The notes under the pieces were generated by a model. The model did not search any database and was not told the origin of the DNA. It saw only the letters and a program-made list of their open reading frames with translations. A program made the translations under genes and the position numbers. This document shows, piece by piece, positions 54,902 to 64,000 of a DNA stretch of 64,000 nucleotides. This stretch comes from Thermoplasmata archaeon (GTDB lineage: Archaea > Thermoplasmatota > Thermoplasmata > Lutacidiplasmatales > UBA184). Every line of letters begins with the position of its first letter. Position 1 is the first letter of the stretch. The DNA lies in the NCBI GenBank assembly GCA_049675585.1, contig JBAUAJ010000126.1, positions 1,554 to 65,553 of the forward strand. Direction: 5' to 3'.

Positions 54902-56869
54902 CTAAACCCGGGAACCGTCTCCCCGGCCAGTTGGTTTCGGCCGGACGAGCTTCAATCGTTCTAACAGTCGCTCAAACCGGGGATCCGTCCTAAATCGTTC
55001 CAATCGGGGGTTCATCCTCCAACCCCACATCAGGATCTTCTGCTCCTCCACCGCCCGATCGATCCAATGGAACGCGGCGTCGAGGTCGCCCAGCTCGGCA
55101 TAGACCGTGGCGAGGACGTTGGATTTGAACGGGATCCCGTCCTGGGCCCCCTCGATCTTCCGAACGTAGTCAAGGGCCCGATCGAGCCGGCCGGTCTGGG
55201 CGTAGTAGATCGCGTACCACGGAAGCATCCCCGGATCGCCCCTCACCCGAGCGTTCAGCTCGTCCAGCTCCTGGAGCGCCCGCGCGGGGTCCGATTTCGC
55301 CATCCAGTATCTCGCCAGGGTACGGTGATAGAAATCCCCGAAGTTTTCCACCACGCCCAGCTTCTCGATCTTGGACCCAGCATCTTCGAGACGACCCAGA
55401 TCGATCAAAAGCACCGCGAAATCGGAAAGTAACGGCACGGACAGAGGGTCCGCTTCCTCGGCGCGCGAGATCTCGTCCAGGGCTTCGACCGGTCGGGCAT
55501 CGGATTGGAGCAACAGGCAGTACCAGTGATGGGCCGCCGAGTAGCTCGGATTGAGAGAAAGGGAGAGCGCATACTCCTGTTCTGCTTCGGCGAACCGTAG
55601 CTCCTCGCTCAGGGCATGCGCGAGCGACGCGTGCGCTTCCCCCGAGGCCGGGTCGAGCTCGAGAGCGTGCAGGGCGAACGCCCGGCTGGCTTCGATATCC
55701 GCGGCATTTCGAGATCGTATGTAGATTCCCTGCAGCATGACGACGTCCGAGAGGCCGGAGTAGGCCGACGCATTCCGAGAATCGAGGCGAATGGCCAGCT
55801 CGAACTGCTCCCGCGCGGACGCCAGCGCGGTCGGGGAGCGATCCCGCAGCAGCGTCCGCCCCTTCAGGTAGGCAAGGTAGGAATCCGGCCGTGCCGTCGG
55901 CCGAGTTTCGAGACGTGTAGCCTCGGTCGCCCCGAGCGTGATCTTCAGGGCCTCCGCGACCTCCCGAGCGATCTCGGCTTGGATCGCGAATACATCGACG
56001 AGTTCGCGATCGTAGTTGTTGGCCCACACGTGGCCCTGGGAGGCGACGTCGATGAGTTGGACCGTGATCCGCAGCCGGTTCCCGGCTTTGCGCACGCTCC
56101 CCTCGAGGATCGAAGAGACTCCGAGCTCCTTTCCGATGTCGGAGACCCCCTTCGACGTCCCACGATACGGGGTCACGGAGGTCCGGGCGATGACCCGGAG
56201 GCTCCGCAGCTGGGAGAGGACGGAGATCAACTCCTCGGTGAGGCCCTCGGCGAAGTAGGCGTCGTTCGGGTCCGGGCTGATGTTGGCGAACGGAAGGACG
56301 GCGAGTCCAGTGGGTCCCGGCCGACCGGGGGGCGCAGCACCCGCGGGCTCGGGGATGATGATCCGATACACTTCCATCGGAGTATGTACATGCTTGAGCC
56401 GTTGGGGCCCCATCGCCTCCAGGCGGCACGGGATCTTGTTGTGCACCTGACCGAACACCGGCTCCGAGATGCAGATCCCGCCGGGCTCCGCCAACGGCTC
56501 GATTCGGGCCGCGATGTTCACGGAGTCCCCGAAGATGTCGTCTCCGCGCGGTTCGACGTCCCCGAGGTGGATGCCGATCCGAACCTGGATCGGGTCGCTC
56601 CCCGGCTTCGAATTCCGATCCCGAAGGCGTTGCACGATGTCGATCCCGCACTGGACCGCGTCGAGGGCGCTCGCGAACTCGACCAGGAAGCCGTCCCCGG
56701 TCGATTTTACCTCCCGGCCCCGTCGGGAGGACACGATCGAGCGGATCAGCGCCTCTTGCTCTTCCCGCAAACGGAGGGTTCTCGACTCATCCTCCTGACT
56801 GGCCGAGGTGTACCCGACCATGTCCGTGAACATGATCGCGGAGAGGCGGCGAGCGGATTCCACGGCCAC
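54902..56869 (-). CDS. Class III adenylate/guanylate cyclase domain + TolB-N-like + TPR protein
   Basis: 655 aa with AIMFTDMVGYTS...KSTGDGFLVEF...RIGIHLGDV...GDSVNIAARIE, then LAVLPFANISPDPNDAYFAEGLTEELI, then TPR-like repeats. Confidence 0.85.
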   Translation of the reverse strand: MAVESARRLSAIMFTDMVGYTSASQEDESRTLRLREEQEALIRSIVSSRRGREVKSTGDGFLVEFASALDAVQCGIDIVQRLRDRNSKPGSDPIQVRIGIHLGDVEPRGDDIFGDSVNIAARIEPLAEPGGICISEPVFGQVHNKIPCRLEAMGPQRLKHVHTPMEVYRIIIPEPAGAAPPGRPGPTGLAVLPFANISPDPNDAYFAEGLTEELISVLSQLRSLRVIARTSVTPYRGTSKGVSDIGKELGVSSILEGSVRKAGNRLRITVQLIDVASQGHVWANNYDRELVDVFAIQAEIAREVAEALKITLGATEATRLETRPTARPDSYLAYLKGRTLLRDRSPTALASAREQFELAIRLDSRNASAYSGLSDVVMLQGIYIRSRNAADIEASRAFALHALELDPASGEAHASLAHALSEELRFAEAEQEYALSLSLNPSYSAAHHWYCLLLQSDARPVEALDEISRAEEADPLSVPLLSDFAVLLIDLGRLEDAGSKIEKLGVVENFGDFYHRTLARYWMAKSDPARALQELDELNARVRGDPGMLPWYAIYYAQTGRLDRALDYVRKIEGAQDGIPFKSNVLATVYAELGDLDAAFHWIDRAVEEQKILMWGWRMNPRLERFRTDPRFERLLERLKLVRPKPTGRGDGSRV

Positions 56870-57007
56870 GGGATTCTCCCCTTAGATTAAGCCCCAACCT
56901 GCCGCCCAGAGCGTCGAACGAGAGTCGAGTTCCCCCCGGGTGCCGGTAGACCTCGGAGTCGCGACCGACCGATAGGAGGATAACCCGGATCGATCGGTCG
57001 CTCTACG

Positions 57008-57751
57008 ATGGCAGGTCAGTTCTGCACGAAGTGCGGTAGTCCCCAACCGGCGGGGGCTCTCTTCTGCGCCAGTTGCGGGAATTCACTGGCTAACGCCCCG
57101 CTGCCTAGCGCCGCCGAGCCGAGCGGCCCCGCCTCGAGCGCACCGGTCGACCCGGCGGCCCTTCGGGCCGCTCTCGGGCTCCAGGGTGCCCGAAGTTTTC
57201 TCCTCCAACACCAGCTTTTGTCCGGGGGACGCAACTACCGAGTTCTGAACTCCGAGAAAAAGCACCTGTTCACGGTCCGAGAGGGGCTCCTGCAGGATCT
57301 CAAGGCGAACCTGATGGGGGGTATCCGCATGCGAGAGGGCCTCGGGAACTACCTCGGAGGGCGATCCCTGACGTTCACCTGGACCGTCGCAGATCCCACC
57401 GGTAACACGCTGGGGACCATCGGGATCGAGGTCTCGGGACCCACCGCCGCGTCCACCCTGTTCGACGCGAACGGGGCCGCCTTGCTCACCGTTTCGGTGA
57501 CCCGAGGGATGGTCGGGGGCCTGACCGCGTCCGCGACCCTCCCCGACGGGCGTGCGATGCTCGAAGCGAAGGGAAACCTCCTGCGACACAATTTCTCCAT
57601 CCACGACTCCGCGGGGACGGAGGTCGCCAAGATCCACGAGGCATGGGCCTCGGTTCGCGACACCTACAACCTGGATCTCGTCGGCGACGTCGATCCGCTC
57701 TTCCCGCTCATCTTTGCGGTGCTGATCGATCGCGAGAAGGAAGCGGGATAA
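57008..57751 (+). CDS. Zinc-ribbon + LURP-one/scramblase-like (DUF567, tubby-like fold) protein
   Basis: 247 aa with FCTKCGSPQPAGALFCASCG, then NYRVLNSEKKHLFTVRE...HNFSIHDSAGTEVAKIHE...DTYNLDL. Confidence 0.65.
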   Translation: MAGQFCTKCGSPQPAGALFCASCGNSLANAPLPSAAEPSGPASSAPVDPAALRAALGLQGARSFLLQHQLLSGGRNYRVLNSEKKHLFTVREGLLQDLKANLMGGIRMREGLGNYLGGRSLTFTWTVADPTGNTLGTIGIEVSGPTAASTLFDANGAALLTVSVTRGMVGGLTASATLPDGRAMLEAKGNLLRHNFSIHDSAGTEVAKIHEAWASVRDTYNLDLVGDVDPLFPLIFAVLIDREKEAG

Positions 57752-57830
57752 GCCCGACCCACCCCCGCTCCCGCGGGTCGGCCGGCCGGAGTTCGAGTGC
57801 GGAGCGGCCAAATGCCCCCGGGCGTCTCCG

Positions 57831-58403
57831 GTGCCCATGGGTTCGACCGCTCCGCGCCTGCACCGCGATGTCAGCCGTTTTCGACCGAACCCCGCGAAGG
57901 ACGACCCGGTCTACGTGTCGGTGCCCGACGACGGGCTATGTCTGAACGCGTTCGTCCTCCTCTCCCCGTCCGGCGATCGGTCGCGAGTGCTGCTCGGAAT
58001 GCTCGACCCAACCGCTTCATGGAGGGAGATCGGCGGGGTCACCCCCCAGCGACTTGCAGAATTGGGCACAAGGTGGATGCTTCCTTCCCGTCAGCTGTTC
58101 CTCTTTGAATCCCCCGCGGACGCCGCCCAGTCGATCGTACGAGAGCAACTGGAAGTTCCCGCTCTCGAACTCACCGGCCCGATGGTCTTTTCCGAATCGT
58201 GGACCCGGCCGAAACCCGCCGGAGTGGGTCCGCACTGGGACCTCCACTTCCTGTTCCGGGGAGTGTGGCCCCTCGACCGGGAACTTCGCGCCTCCCCCTG
58301 GCTCCGGCTTGAATTCCACGACCCTTCCCAACTGGACCGATCGATGATCGGTCGAAGCCAGGCCGATGTGCTTGAGCTGGCGGGTTTTACCGTTCGTCCG
58401 TAG
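57831..58403 (+). CDS. Hypothetical protein, weakly Nudix-like
   Basis: 190-aa ORF. The segment LPSRQLFLFESPADAAQSIVREQLEV only loosely fits the Nudix box. Confidence 0.45.
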   Translation: MPMGSTAPRLHRDVSRFRPNPAKDDPVYVSVPDDGLCLNAFVLLSPSGDRSRVLLGMLDPTASWREIGGVTPQRLAELGTRWMLPSRQLFLFESPADAAQSIVREQLEVPALELTGPMVFSESWTRPKPAGVGPHWDLHFLFRGVWPLDRELRASPWLRLEFHDPSQLDRSMIGRSQADVLELAGFTVRP

Positions 58404-58525
58404 GGCTAGAGCACGCTCGAGGGGGTCCCACGAAGACCGAGTCGCTCCGGGCGGGTCCGGGCTCGATCGCCATTCGGAACGCCGTCGTCTACCGCACCCC
58501 AGACTCAACCCCGATCCCCGCCGAC

Positions 58526-59605
58526 GTGGTGGTGCGGGACGGGGTGGTCTCGGCCGTCGGAGCGGGTCTCGCGATCCCTGCCGGGATACCCATCCTCCCC
58601 GGCGATCGGTCTACCGTGACCGCCGGGTTTTGGAACTCCCACGTGCACTTCACGGAGCCCCATTGGCGTTCGGCCGGACGAGGCGGGGCCGTTCCGTTGA
58701 ATCGGTTCCTCCGTGATATGCTGTCGAGCCGAGGGTTCACGACGGTCGTCGACACTGGCTCCGACCCTCGATCCACAATCCCTCTGCGCCACCGCATCGA
58801 GTCCCGAGAGCTACGAGGTCCCTCGATACTTACCGCGGGGGCGGGGTTGTACCCGCCGCGCGGGATCCCGTACTATCTCCGGAAAAGCCTTCCGTTCTGG
58901 GTCCGGCCCTTCGTGCCGACCCCATCGACCCCCTCCAGCGCTCGACGGGCGGTGGAACGGAACCTCGCCTGGGGCTCCGACCTCCTGAAGCTGTTCACCG
59001 GATCGTACGTCGCGCCGGGACGGGTCACGGCGATGCCGGAAGCGATCGCGCGCGCGGCGGTGGAGGTCGCCCACGCGCGGCATCAGCTCGCGTTCAGTCA
59101 CCCCTCGAATCTTGAGGGAACCGAGATCGCGCTACGGTCCGGCGTCGACGTCCTCGCCCATCCGCCCGACACTACGGACGGCGTGGACACGTCCTTGATC
59201 GACCGGCTCATCGATCGACGGATCGGAATGGTCCCGACTCTGCGCATGTTCGCGAGGACGGTCAGCGCGTCGCCGAGCTACCTCGAGCCGATCTACGAGA
59301 TCGTTCGTCAATTTCATCGCGCCGGGGGCGAACTGCTGTTCGGCACGGACGTGGGATTCCTGGACGAGTATGCGACCGAGGAGGAGTTCCGCGCGCTCGG
59401 GGCGGTCGGGCTGGACCATCGGGATCTCCTACGCATGCTGACCACGGCACCGGCGCGGCGCTTCGGAAGGGGCTCCGGCACCGTGGAATCGGGGGCCCCC
59501 GGCGACCTGGTTCTGCTAGCGGGCGACCCCGCCGACGATCCCCTCGCCTTCGCGCGAGTCCGGGCGACGATCCGCGGTGGGCACGTCATCTACGAGGGGG
59601 AATGA
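58526..59605 (+). CDS. Amidohydrolase-superfamily metal-dependent hydrolase
   Basis: It has GFWNSHVHF and later His/Asp motifs (VLAHP, GTDVGF). The in-frame upstream sequence (from 58466: IAIRNAVVYRTPDSTPIPAD) looks like the family N-terminus but has no ATG/GTG/TTG. The GTG at 58526 follows the track. Confidence 0.75.
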   Translation: MVVRDGVVSAVGAGLAIPAGIPILPGDRSTVTAGFWNSHVHFTEPHWRSAGRGGAVPLNRFLRDMLSSRGFTTVVDTGSDPRSTIPLRHRIESRELRGPSILTAGAGLYPPRGIPYYLRKSLPFWVRPFVPTPSTPSSARRAVERNLAWGSDLLKLFTGSYVAPGRVTAMPEAIARAAVEVAHARHQLAFSHPSNLEGTEIALRSGVDVLAHPPDTTDGVDTSLIDRLIDRRIGMVPTLRMFARTVSASPSYLEPIYEIVRQFHRAGGELLFGTDVGFLDEYATEEEFRALGAVGLDHRDLLRMLTTAPARRFGRGSGTVESGAPGDLVLLAGDPADDPLAFARVRATIRGGHVIYEGE

Positions 59606-59736
59606 GGAAGCCCGGTCCACCCGCCCGAAGCGTCGGCCCTGCGCGGCGAGAAGCACCTTCCCGAGGCCGTCCAAACGGCATGGCGACCCCGATTCGGTGA
59701 GTAAGCCCTTATTTCGGAGGAATCGGTCCGGCCACC

Positions 59737-61695
59737 ATGGCATCGAGCCACCGGCGTCTGGCCGCCATCATGTTCACGGACATGGTCGGCTACTCGGCCC
59801 GGATGCAGCAGGACGAACGCGGAGCGCTCGCTGCGTTGGCACGTCACAACGAGCTGCTTCGGCCCGTCTTCTCCAAGTTCGGTGGCAAAGAGATCAAAAC
59901 GGTGGGCGACGCCTTCCTGGTCGAATTTCCGAGCGCGCTCGATGCGATCCAGTCGGCCCTGGAGATCCAGGCGGTGCTCCGCACCCACAATGCACCCCTC
60001 GACTCCTCCCGCGCGATCCAGATCCGTATCGGGATCCACGTGGGGGATGTGGTGGAGTCGGCGGGCGACGTGCTGGGGGACGCGGTCAACATCGCCTCCC
60101 GGATCGAGCCGCTCGCGGAGCCGGGAGGAATCTGCCTCTCCCAGCAGGTCGTCGACCAGATTCAGAACAAGATCGAGGCACCGCTCGAACGCCTCCCTAC
60201 GGTCGCTCTCAAGAACATTCGAGTCCCGGTGACGGTCTACCGGGTGAGGACCTCCGGGGAGCCGCAGACGATTCACCGATCCTCCGCGACCCCGACGGCC
60301 GGCCACCACCTCGCCGTTCTACCGCTCGCGAACATCAGCCCAGACCCGGGAGACGGCTACTTCGCGGACGGTCTGACCGAGGAGCTGATCGCGGTGCTCT
60401 CCCACGTCCGAGGCCTCAGCGTCATCGCCCGCACGTCGGTCGCCCCGTACAAGACCGCCCCGAAGTCGATCGCCCAAGTGGGTTCCGAGCTCGGGGTCGA
60501 TACCGTGCTCGAGGGGAGCGTTCGGAAGGCGGGGAACAAGATCCGGATCACGCTGCAGCTGATCGACGTCGCCACCCAGGGTCACGTCTGGGCGAACAGC
60601 TACGATCGGGAGGTGGACGACGTCTTCGCCGTGCAGTCCGACATCGCCGAACGGACCGCGGAGGCGCTACGCCTCGAGCTCGTTCGAGCGGATGCTTCGG
60701 ACCTGAAACGTCGCCCGACCGCCAATCCCGCGGCGTACGATCTCTATCTCCGCGGGCTCGTCGCCTCCCGGTATCTGAGCGCCGGCGGCCTCGAGAAGGC
60801 CGTTCGCTCCTTCGAGCAGGCGACCGCACTCGACCCGACGTTTGCGGAGGCGTTCGCGGCGTGGGCGAACCTGTATGTGGGAGCGGCCGGGGATTACCTT
60901 CCGTTCCGGTCGATCATGCCCCGGGCTCGGGAGCTTGCGCGTCAAGCTCTCGAGCTGGACGCCGACTCTTCCGACGCCCACGCCACCCTCGGAAATATCG
61001 CCCTGCAATTCGACCACGACTGGGAAACGGCGGAGACAGAACTCCGCCGGGCCATTGCCCTGAATCCCAGCAACATCACCGCCCACCGGCTCTACGGCCT
61101 ACTCCTCGGGGTCCTGTGCCGATTCGAGGAGGCGAAGGACGCCCTTCGTCGGGCGATACGGCTGGATCCCGGCGGAGACATCGAGTCGTTTCTCGCCTGG
61201 ATCGAGATCGACGCAGGGGAAGTGGCCGCCGCGATCGAGGACTCCGAGCGGGCCCGAGGAGAGACCTCCGATTCCCTGCGCCACCACATCCAACTCGGGT
61301 TGATCTACGCTCGGGCGGGGCTCCGGGCCCAGGCCCTACGAGAAGCGGACACGGTCGCGGACCACCCGAACGACGAGGACCGGTTCGACCTCGCCTTGCT
61401 CAACGCCCTACTCGGCCGACCGGAGGCGGCCCGCGAGGTCGCGGCGGCCGCCGAGAGGGGAGAAGCGAAATCGTACACCTCGGCGGCCCACCTGGCGATG
61501 CTTTACGCCGCGCTCGGCGAACGATCCCGGGCGCTCGATCTGCTCGAGCAGGACGATCGGGAAGGAGATCAGGTCCTGTGGCTGTACCACCGTGGTCAGT
61601 TCTTCGACTCGATCCGCGACGATCCCCGGTTCCTCGCGCTCCTTAAGAAATACCGGCTGCCGACCGAATTGAGCCGTCCTCACGACCTGAAGTAA
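59737..61695 (+). CDS. Class III adenylate/guanylate cyclase + TolB-N-like + TPR protein (paralog of 54902..56869)
   Basis: 652 aa with AIMFTDMVGYSA...KTVGDAFLVEF...RIGIHVGDV...GDAVNIASRIE, LAVLPLANISPDPGDGYFADGLTEELI, and TPR repeats. Confidence 0.85.
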   Translation: MASSHRRLAAIMFTDMVGYSARMQQDERGALAALARHNELLRPVFSKFGGKEIKTVGDAFLVEFPSALDAIQSALEIQAVLRTHNAPLDSSRAIQIRIGIHVGDVVESAGDVLGDAVNIASRIEPLAEPGGICLSQQVVDQIQNKIEAPLERLPTVALKNIRVPVTVYRVRTSGEPQTIHRSSATPTAGHHLAVLPLANISPDPGDGYFADGLTEELIAVLSHVRGLSVIARTSVAPYKTAPKSIAQVGSELGVDTVLEGSVRKAGNKIRITLQLIDVATQGHVWANSYDREVDDVFAVQSDIAERTAEALRLELVRADASDLKRRPTANPAAYDLYLRGLVASRYLSAGGLEKAVRSFEQATALDPTFAEAFAAWANLYVGAAGDYLPFRSIMPRARELARQALELDADSSDAHATLGNIALQFDHDWETAETELRRAIALNPSNITAHRLYGLLLGVLCRFEEAKDALRRAIRLDPGGDIESFLAWIEIDAGEVAAAIEDSERARGETSDSLRHHIQLGLIYARAGLRAQALREADTVADHPNDEDRFDLALLNALLGRPEAAREVAAAAERGEAKSYTSAAHLAMLYAALGERSRALDLLEQDDREGDQVLWLYHRGQFFDSIRDDPRFLALLKKYRLPTELSRPHDLK

Positions 61696-61823
61696 AGGTA
61701 GTGGCCGGACGGCGGGGACCGACGCGGGGAGTGGGCCGGCGGAGCGCATCAGGATTGACCGATTCGACAGCTCGGGGGGGGAGGTCGGCGGAGGGGGACG
61801 AGTCGTCGCCGAGCGATTCCGCG

Positions 61824-62462
61824 ATGCACCCCCCCTGGGCGTTCCGAGGAGACGACCTGAGCCGCGTCTTCGCGCTGAGCGACGGGATCTTCGCATTCTC
61901 GATGACCCTCCTGGTGCTCAGCCTAGCGATCCCGGTGGGAACGCACGGACCGGCCGTGAGAGCCTACTTGCTCTCGGCTCCCTTCCTCAACTCGCTCTAC
62001 GCGTACGCGATCACGTTCTTCGTGATCTTCGCGTGGTGGCGAGGGCACAACATCGTCTTCAGCTATATTCGCAGCTACGACCGCCGGCTCCTCCAGATCA
62101 ACATCGTCTTTCTGCTCCTGATCGCCATCCTCCCGTTCGCGACCGAGGCGCTGAACGCCTCCGGATCGAATCCCGCCGGAGTCGTCTTCTTCGCGTCCCT
62201 CGAGGTGGCGACCGGGCTCACCCAGGGACTGCTCTGGGTCTACGCCTGCGGACCGGGGAAGCTAGCGGCCCCGGGCCTACCGAAGGCATGGGAGGAGTAC
62301 ATTGCCCTCACGAACTTTGTGGTCCCGGCGATCTTCGCGGTGTCGATCCCGCTCGCCTTCTACCAGGTGTCGTACGCGGAGTACCTCTGGGCGCTGATCT
62401 TCGTCGTGCCCTTCCTCATCCGGCGGCGGTCCCAGACCCGGGATGAGGGATCGGCCGCCTAG
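61824..62462 (+). CDS. TMEM175/DUF1211-family putative K+ channel
   Basis: From ATG 61824, with the signature RVFALSDGIFAFSMTLLVL and 6 TM. The track ORF from 61701 has an R/G-rich leader and was trimmed. Confidence 0.7.
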   Translation: MHPPWAFRGDDLSRVFALSDGIFAFSMTLLVLSLAIPVGTHGPAVRAYLLSAPFLNSLYAYAITFFVIFAWWRGHNIVFSYIRSYDRRLLQINIVFLLLIAILPFATEALNASGSNPAGVVFFASLEVATGLTQGLLWVYACGPGKLAAPGLPKAWEEYIALTNFVVPAIFAVSIPLAFYQVSYAEYLWALIFVVPFLIRRRSQTRDEGSAA

Positions 62463-62562
62463 CCCCGAGGCGGATCGGGGACGTCCCGGGCGGTTGCCTT
62501 CGCCCATCGGGTCCGGGACTCGCTATTACCCCGGCGAGGATGAGGTCGGTGGCACCGACACT

Positions 62563-62961
62563 ATGGCACTGCGAACCATACGACAAACGGTGGTACTGCC
62601 GGGAACGCCAGATGAAGTGTACACGGCGCTGATGACCAGTCGGGGCCACGCGGCGTTCTCCGGGGCCAACGCACGGGTCCGCCCCAAGGTCGGCACCACC
62701 TTCATGGCGTGGGGCGGCTACATCCACGGAAAGAATCTCAAGCTCGTCCCCGGGAAGACGATCGTGCAGAGCTGGGTCCCGAGCGACGCCACTTGGCCCA
62801 AGGGACACGAGTCGAAGGTCCGCTACGAGCTCTCGAAGAGCGCCCGCGGAACGCGGGTCGTCTTTACCCACTCGGCGGTTCCCGCCGAGCACGCTGGGCA
62901 TCTGGCGAAAGGGTGGAAGGAGTCCTACTGGACCCCTTTGCGAAAGTACCTCTCGGCCTGA
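62563..62961 (+). CDS. SRPBCC (AHSA1-like) domain protein
   Basis: From ATG 62563: MALRTIRQTVVLPGTPDEVYTALM...GWKESYWTPLRKYL. About 132 aa. Confidence 0.7.
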   Translation: MALRTIRQTVVLPGTPDEVYTALMTSRGHAAFSGANARVRPKVGTTFMAWGGYIHGKNLKLVPGKTIVQSWVPSDATWPKGHESKVRYELSKSARGTRVVFTHSAVPAEHAGHLAKGWKESYWTPLRKYLSA

Positions 62962-62997
62962 GCTCGGCGAGCGACCGATCGGGTTCTCGGCCCGTGC

Positions 62998-63966
62998 TCA
63001 AGGGGCGGCGGCCGGACGAGCCATGAGTGTCGAGGAGACCTCGTGCTTCAGCCCCAGGGGAGTCAGCGCGGAATCCCAGCTCGCTGCCGCGCCCGAAACG
63101 GCCAATACGACCCGTTCCGCGCCCCGGGAACGGGCCCATCGGATCGGCGCGTCCACGAGCGATCGGAGCGCCTCCGGTTCCAACGTAGGCTCCCAGGCGG
63201 CGGGGAGGGCGTAGACGGTCCGACTCGCTGGAGAGTAAATCGCCCGTACGACGCCGCGAAGATCGGAGAGAGTCCCCAGCTGCCAGGTCGTCGATTCGGT
63301 CCCGGGAAAACGGAAGAGCGCCTCCAAATGGGTGAGCCGCCGCGCATTCGCCGGAAGCGGCTCGCGCAGGCTCGCGGGGCGCCGAGCGTCGACCCAGGAG
63401 GCGACCGACCGGATCGCCGAGTTCGGAACCTCGGTGACGGCCCAGGAGCCGGTCGGTAACGGGGTCGGGACGGCCCCGATAAACCAGCGGAAATCGGCGA
63501 TCTCGGAGTACCCTAGCCGTCGGTAGACCCGCATCGCCGTCGCGTTGTTGGTCTCGACATCCAGCGCGAACCACGGACGACGCGCGTCGCGTGCGGCGAG
63601 GTGGGCCGCCTGCATCAGCCGGGTGGCGATCCCCTGGCCGCGTGCCATCGGATCGGTCGCGACCCCAACGATCACGCCCGCGTTCGGAAAGAACAGTACC
63701 GAGGCCGTCCCGAGCACCCGGCTGTGTTCGACGGCGACGTAGATCCGAAGCGTTCGGCCGAACGCTCGAAGGATAGAGAAAAGGAACCAGATCGCCGGTT
63801 TCCGCAGAGATCCCATCATTTCGGTCGAGGTTCGATCGAGCCCCGTCGCCCGTTCGAGCGGACCCATCCCGGCGGCCATCACCGATGCGTAGGTCGGAAG
63901 GTCCTTCCTTCGGAGCTCCCGAATCTCGAGTACGGACGGCGTGAAGTAGGGGGTCGGTCCACTCAT
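62998..63966 (-). CDS. GNAT-family acetyltransferase with C-terminal extension
   Basis: 322 aa with VGVATDPMARGQGIATRLMQAAHLAAR...ATAMRVYRRLGY. Confidence 0.75.
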   Translation of the reverse strand: MSGPTPYFTPSVLEIRELRRKDLPTYASVMAAGMGPLERATGLDRTSTEMMGSLRKPAIWFLFSILRAFGRTLRIYVAVEHSRVLGTASVLFFPNAGVIVGVATDPMARGQGIATRLMQAAHLAARDARRPWFALDVETNNATAMRVYRRLGYSEIADFRWFIGAVPTPLPTGSWAVTEVPNSAIRSVASWVDARRPASLREPLPANARRLTHLEALFRFPGTESTTWQLGTLSDLRGVVRAIYSPASRTVYALPAAWEPTLEPEALRSLVDAPIRWARSRGAERVVLAVSGAAASWDSALTPLGLKHEVSSTLMARPAAAP

Positions 63967-64000
63967 ATTCTCCTCCCGAAGGTAGGTCCAACGTCCTGGT

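Noticed and set aside
55170-56651. Long antisense or overlapping ORFs (493 aa here). Others of the same kind:
- 59577..61646 (689 aa)
- 62864..63991 (375 aa)
- 12725..13753 (342 aa)
- 57083..57838
- 46552..47256
- 17249..17974
- 54242..54880
   Set aside because: All are extremely R/P/G/S-rich. They have no motifs and lie out of frame or antisense to ORFs with clear family signatures. This is the typical by-product of high GC content.
1-64000. CRISPR arrays, rRNA genes, IS elements or transposases.
   Set aside because: I saw no regularly spaced 25-40-nt direct repeats, no rRNA-like conserved stretches, and no transposase/integrase-like ORF or terminal inverted repeats. A by-eye scan could miss short or degenerate elements.

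Overview
This is a 64-kb GC-rich segment (roughly 60% GC by eye). The gene content points to an archaeon, possibly a Thermoplasmatota-like lineage, but that is inference only. The pointers are YVTN beta-propeller surface proteins, a recurring GLP-W-NGT beta-sandwich module, a DUF217-type VapB, leaderless-looking TA operons and a proline iminopeptidase. I support about 57 protein-coding genes and one frameshifted pseudogene. I found no rRNA, no convincing tRNA and no CRISPR array.

The content falls into three parts:
- Seven large secreted or anchored surface proteins (one truncated at nt 1), built from YVTN, FG-GAP, Kelch, PKD and Ig-like repeats plus a shared C-terminal module.
- A dense accessory stretch (about 22-49 kb). 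It holds at least eight toxin-antitoxin or defence modules: four RelE/ParE-type, VapBC, two HEPN-MNT, and DUF4258 with a zinc-finger antitoxin. It also holds Fic and two HNH nucleases, mixed with small enzymes (GNAT, VOC, DinB, tautomerase, methyltransferase, SRPBCC, DoxX).
- A more ordinary right end (52-64 kb) with an M29 aminopeptidase, two paralogous adenylate cyclase-TPR proteins, an amidohydrolase and a TMEM175-like channel.

The most striking signal is not a gene. About 25-30 copies of the imperfect palindrome GTTCAA-N6-TTGAAC lie between 6.4 and 51.8 kb, and all are intergenic. Extended to 7 nt, the halves read RYYYAAC / GTTRRRY. The copies cut the region into complete 1-4-gene modules regardless of gene strand, and their apparent polarity flips at about 19.9 kb. 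I interpret this as a possible recombination-site-delimited module or cassette array, analogous to integron or pdif modules. No recombinase gene is in the window, and a regulatory or REP-like explanation is not excluded.
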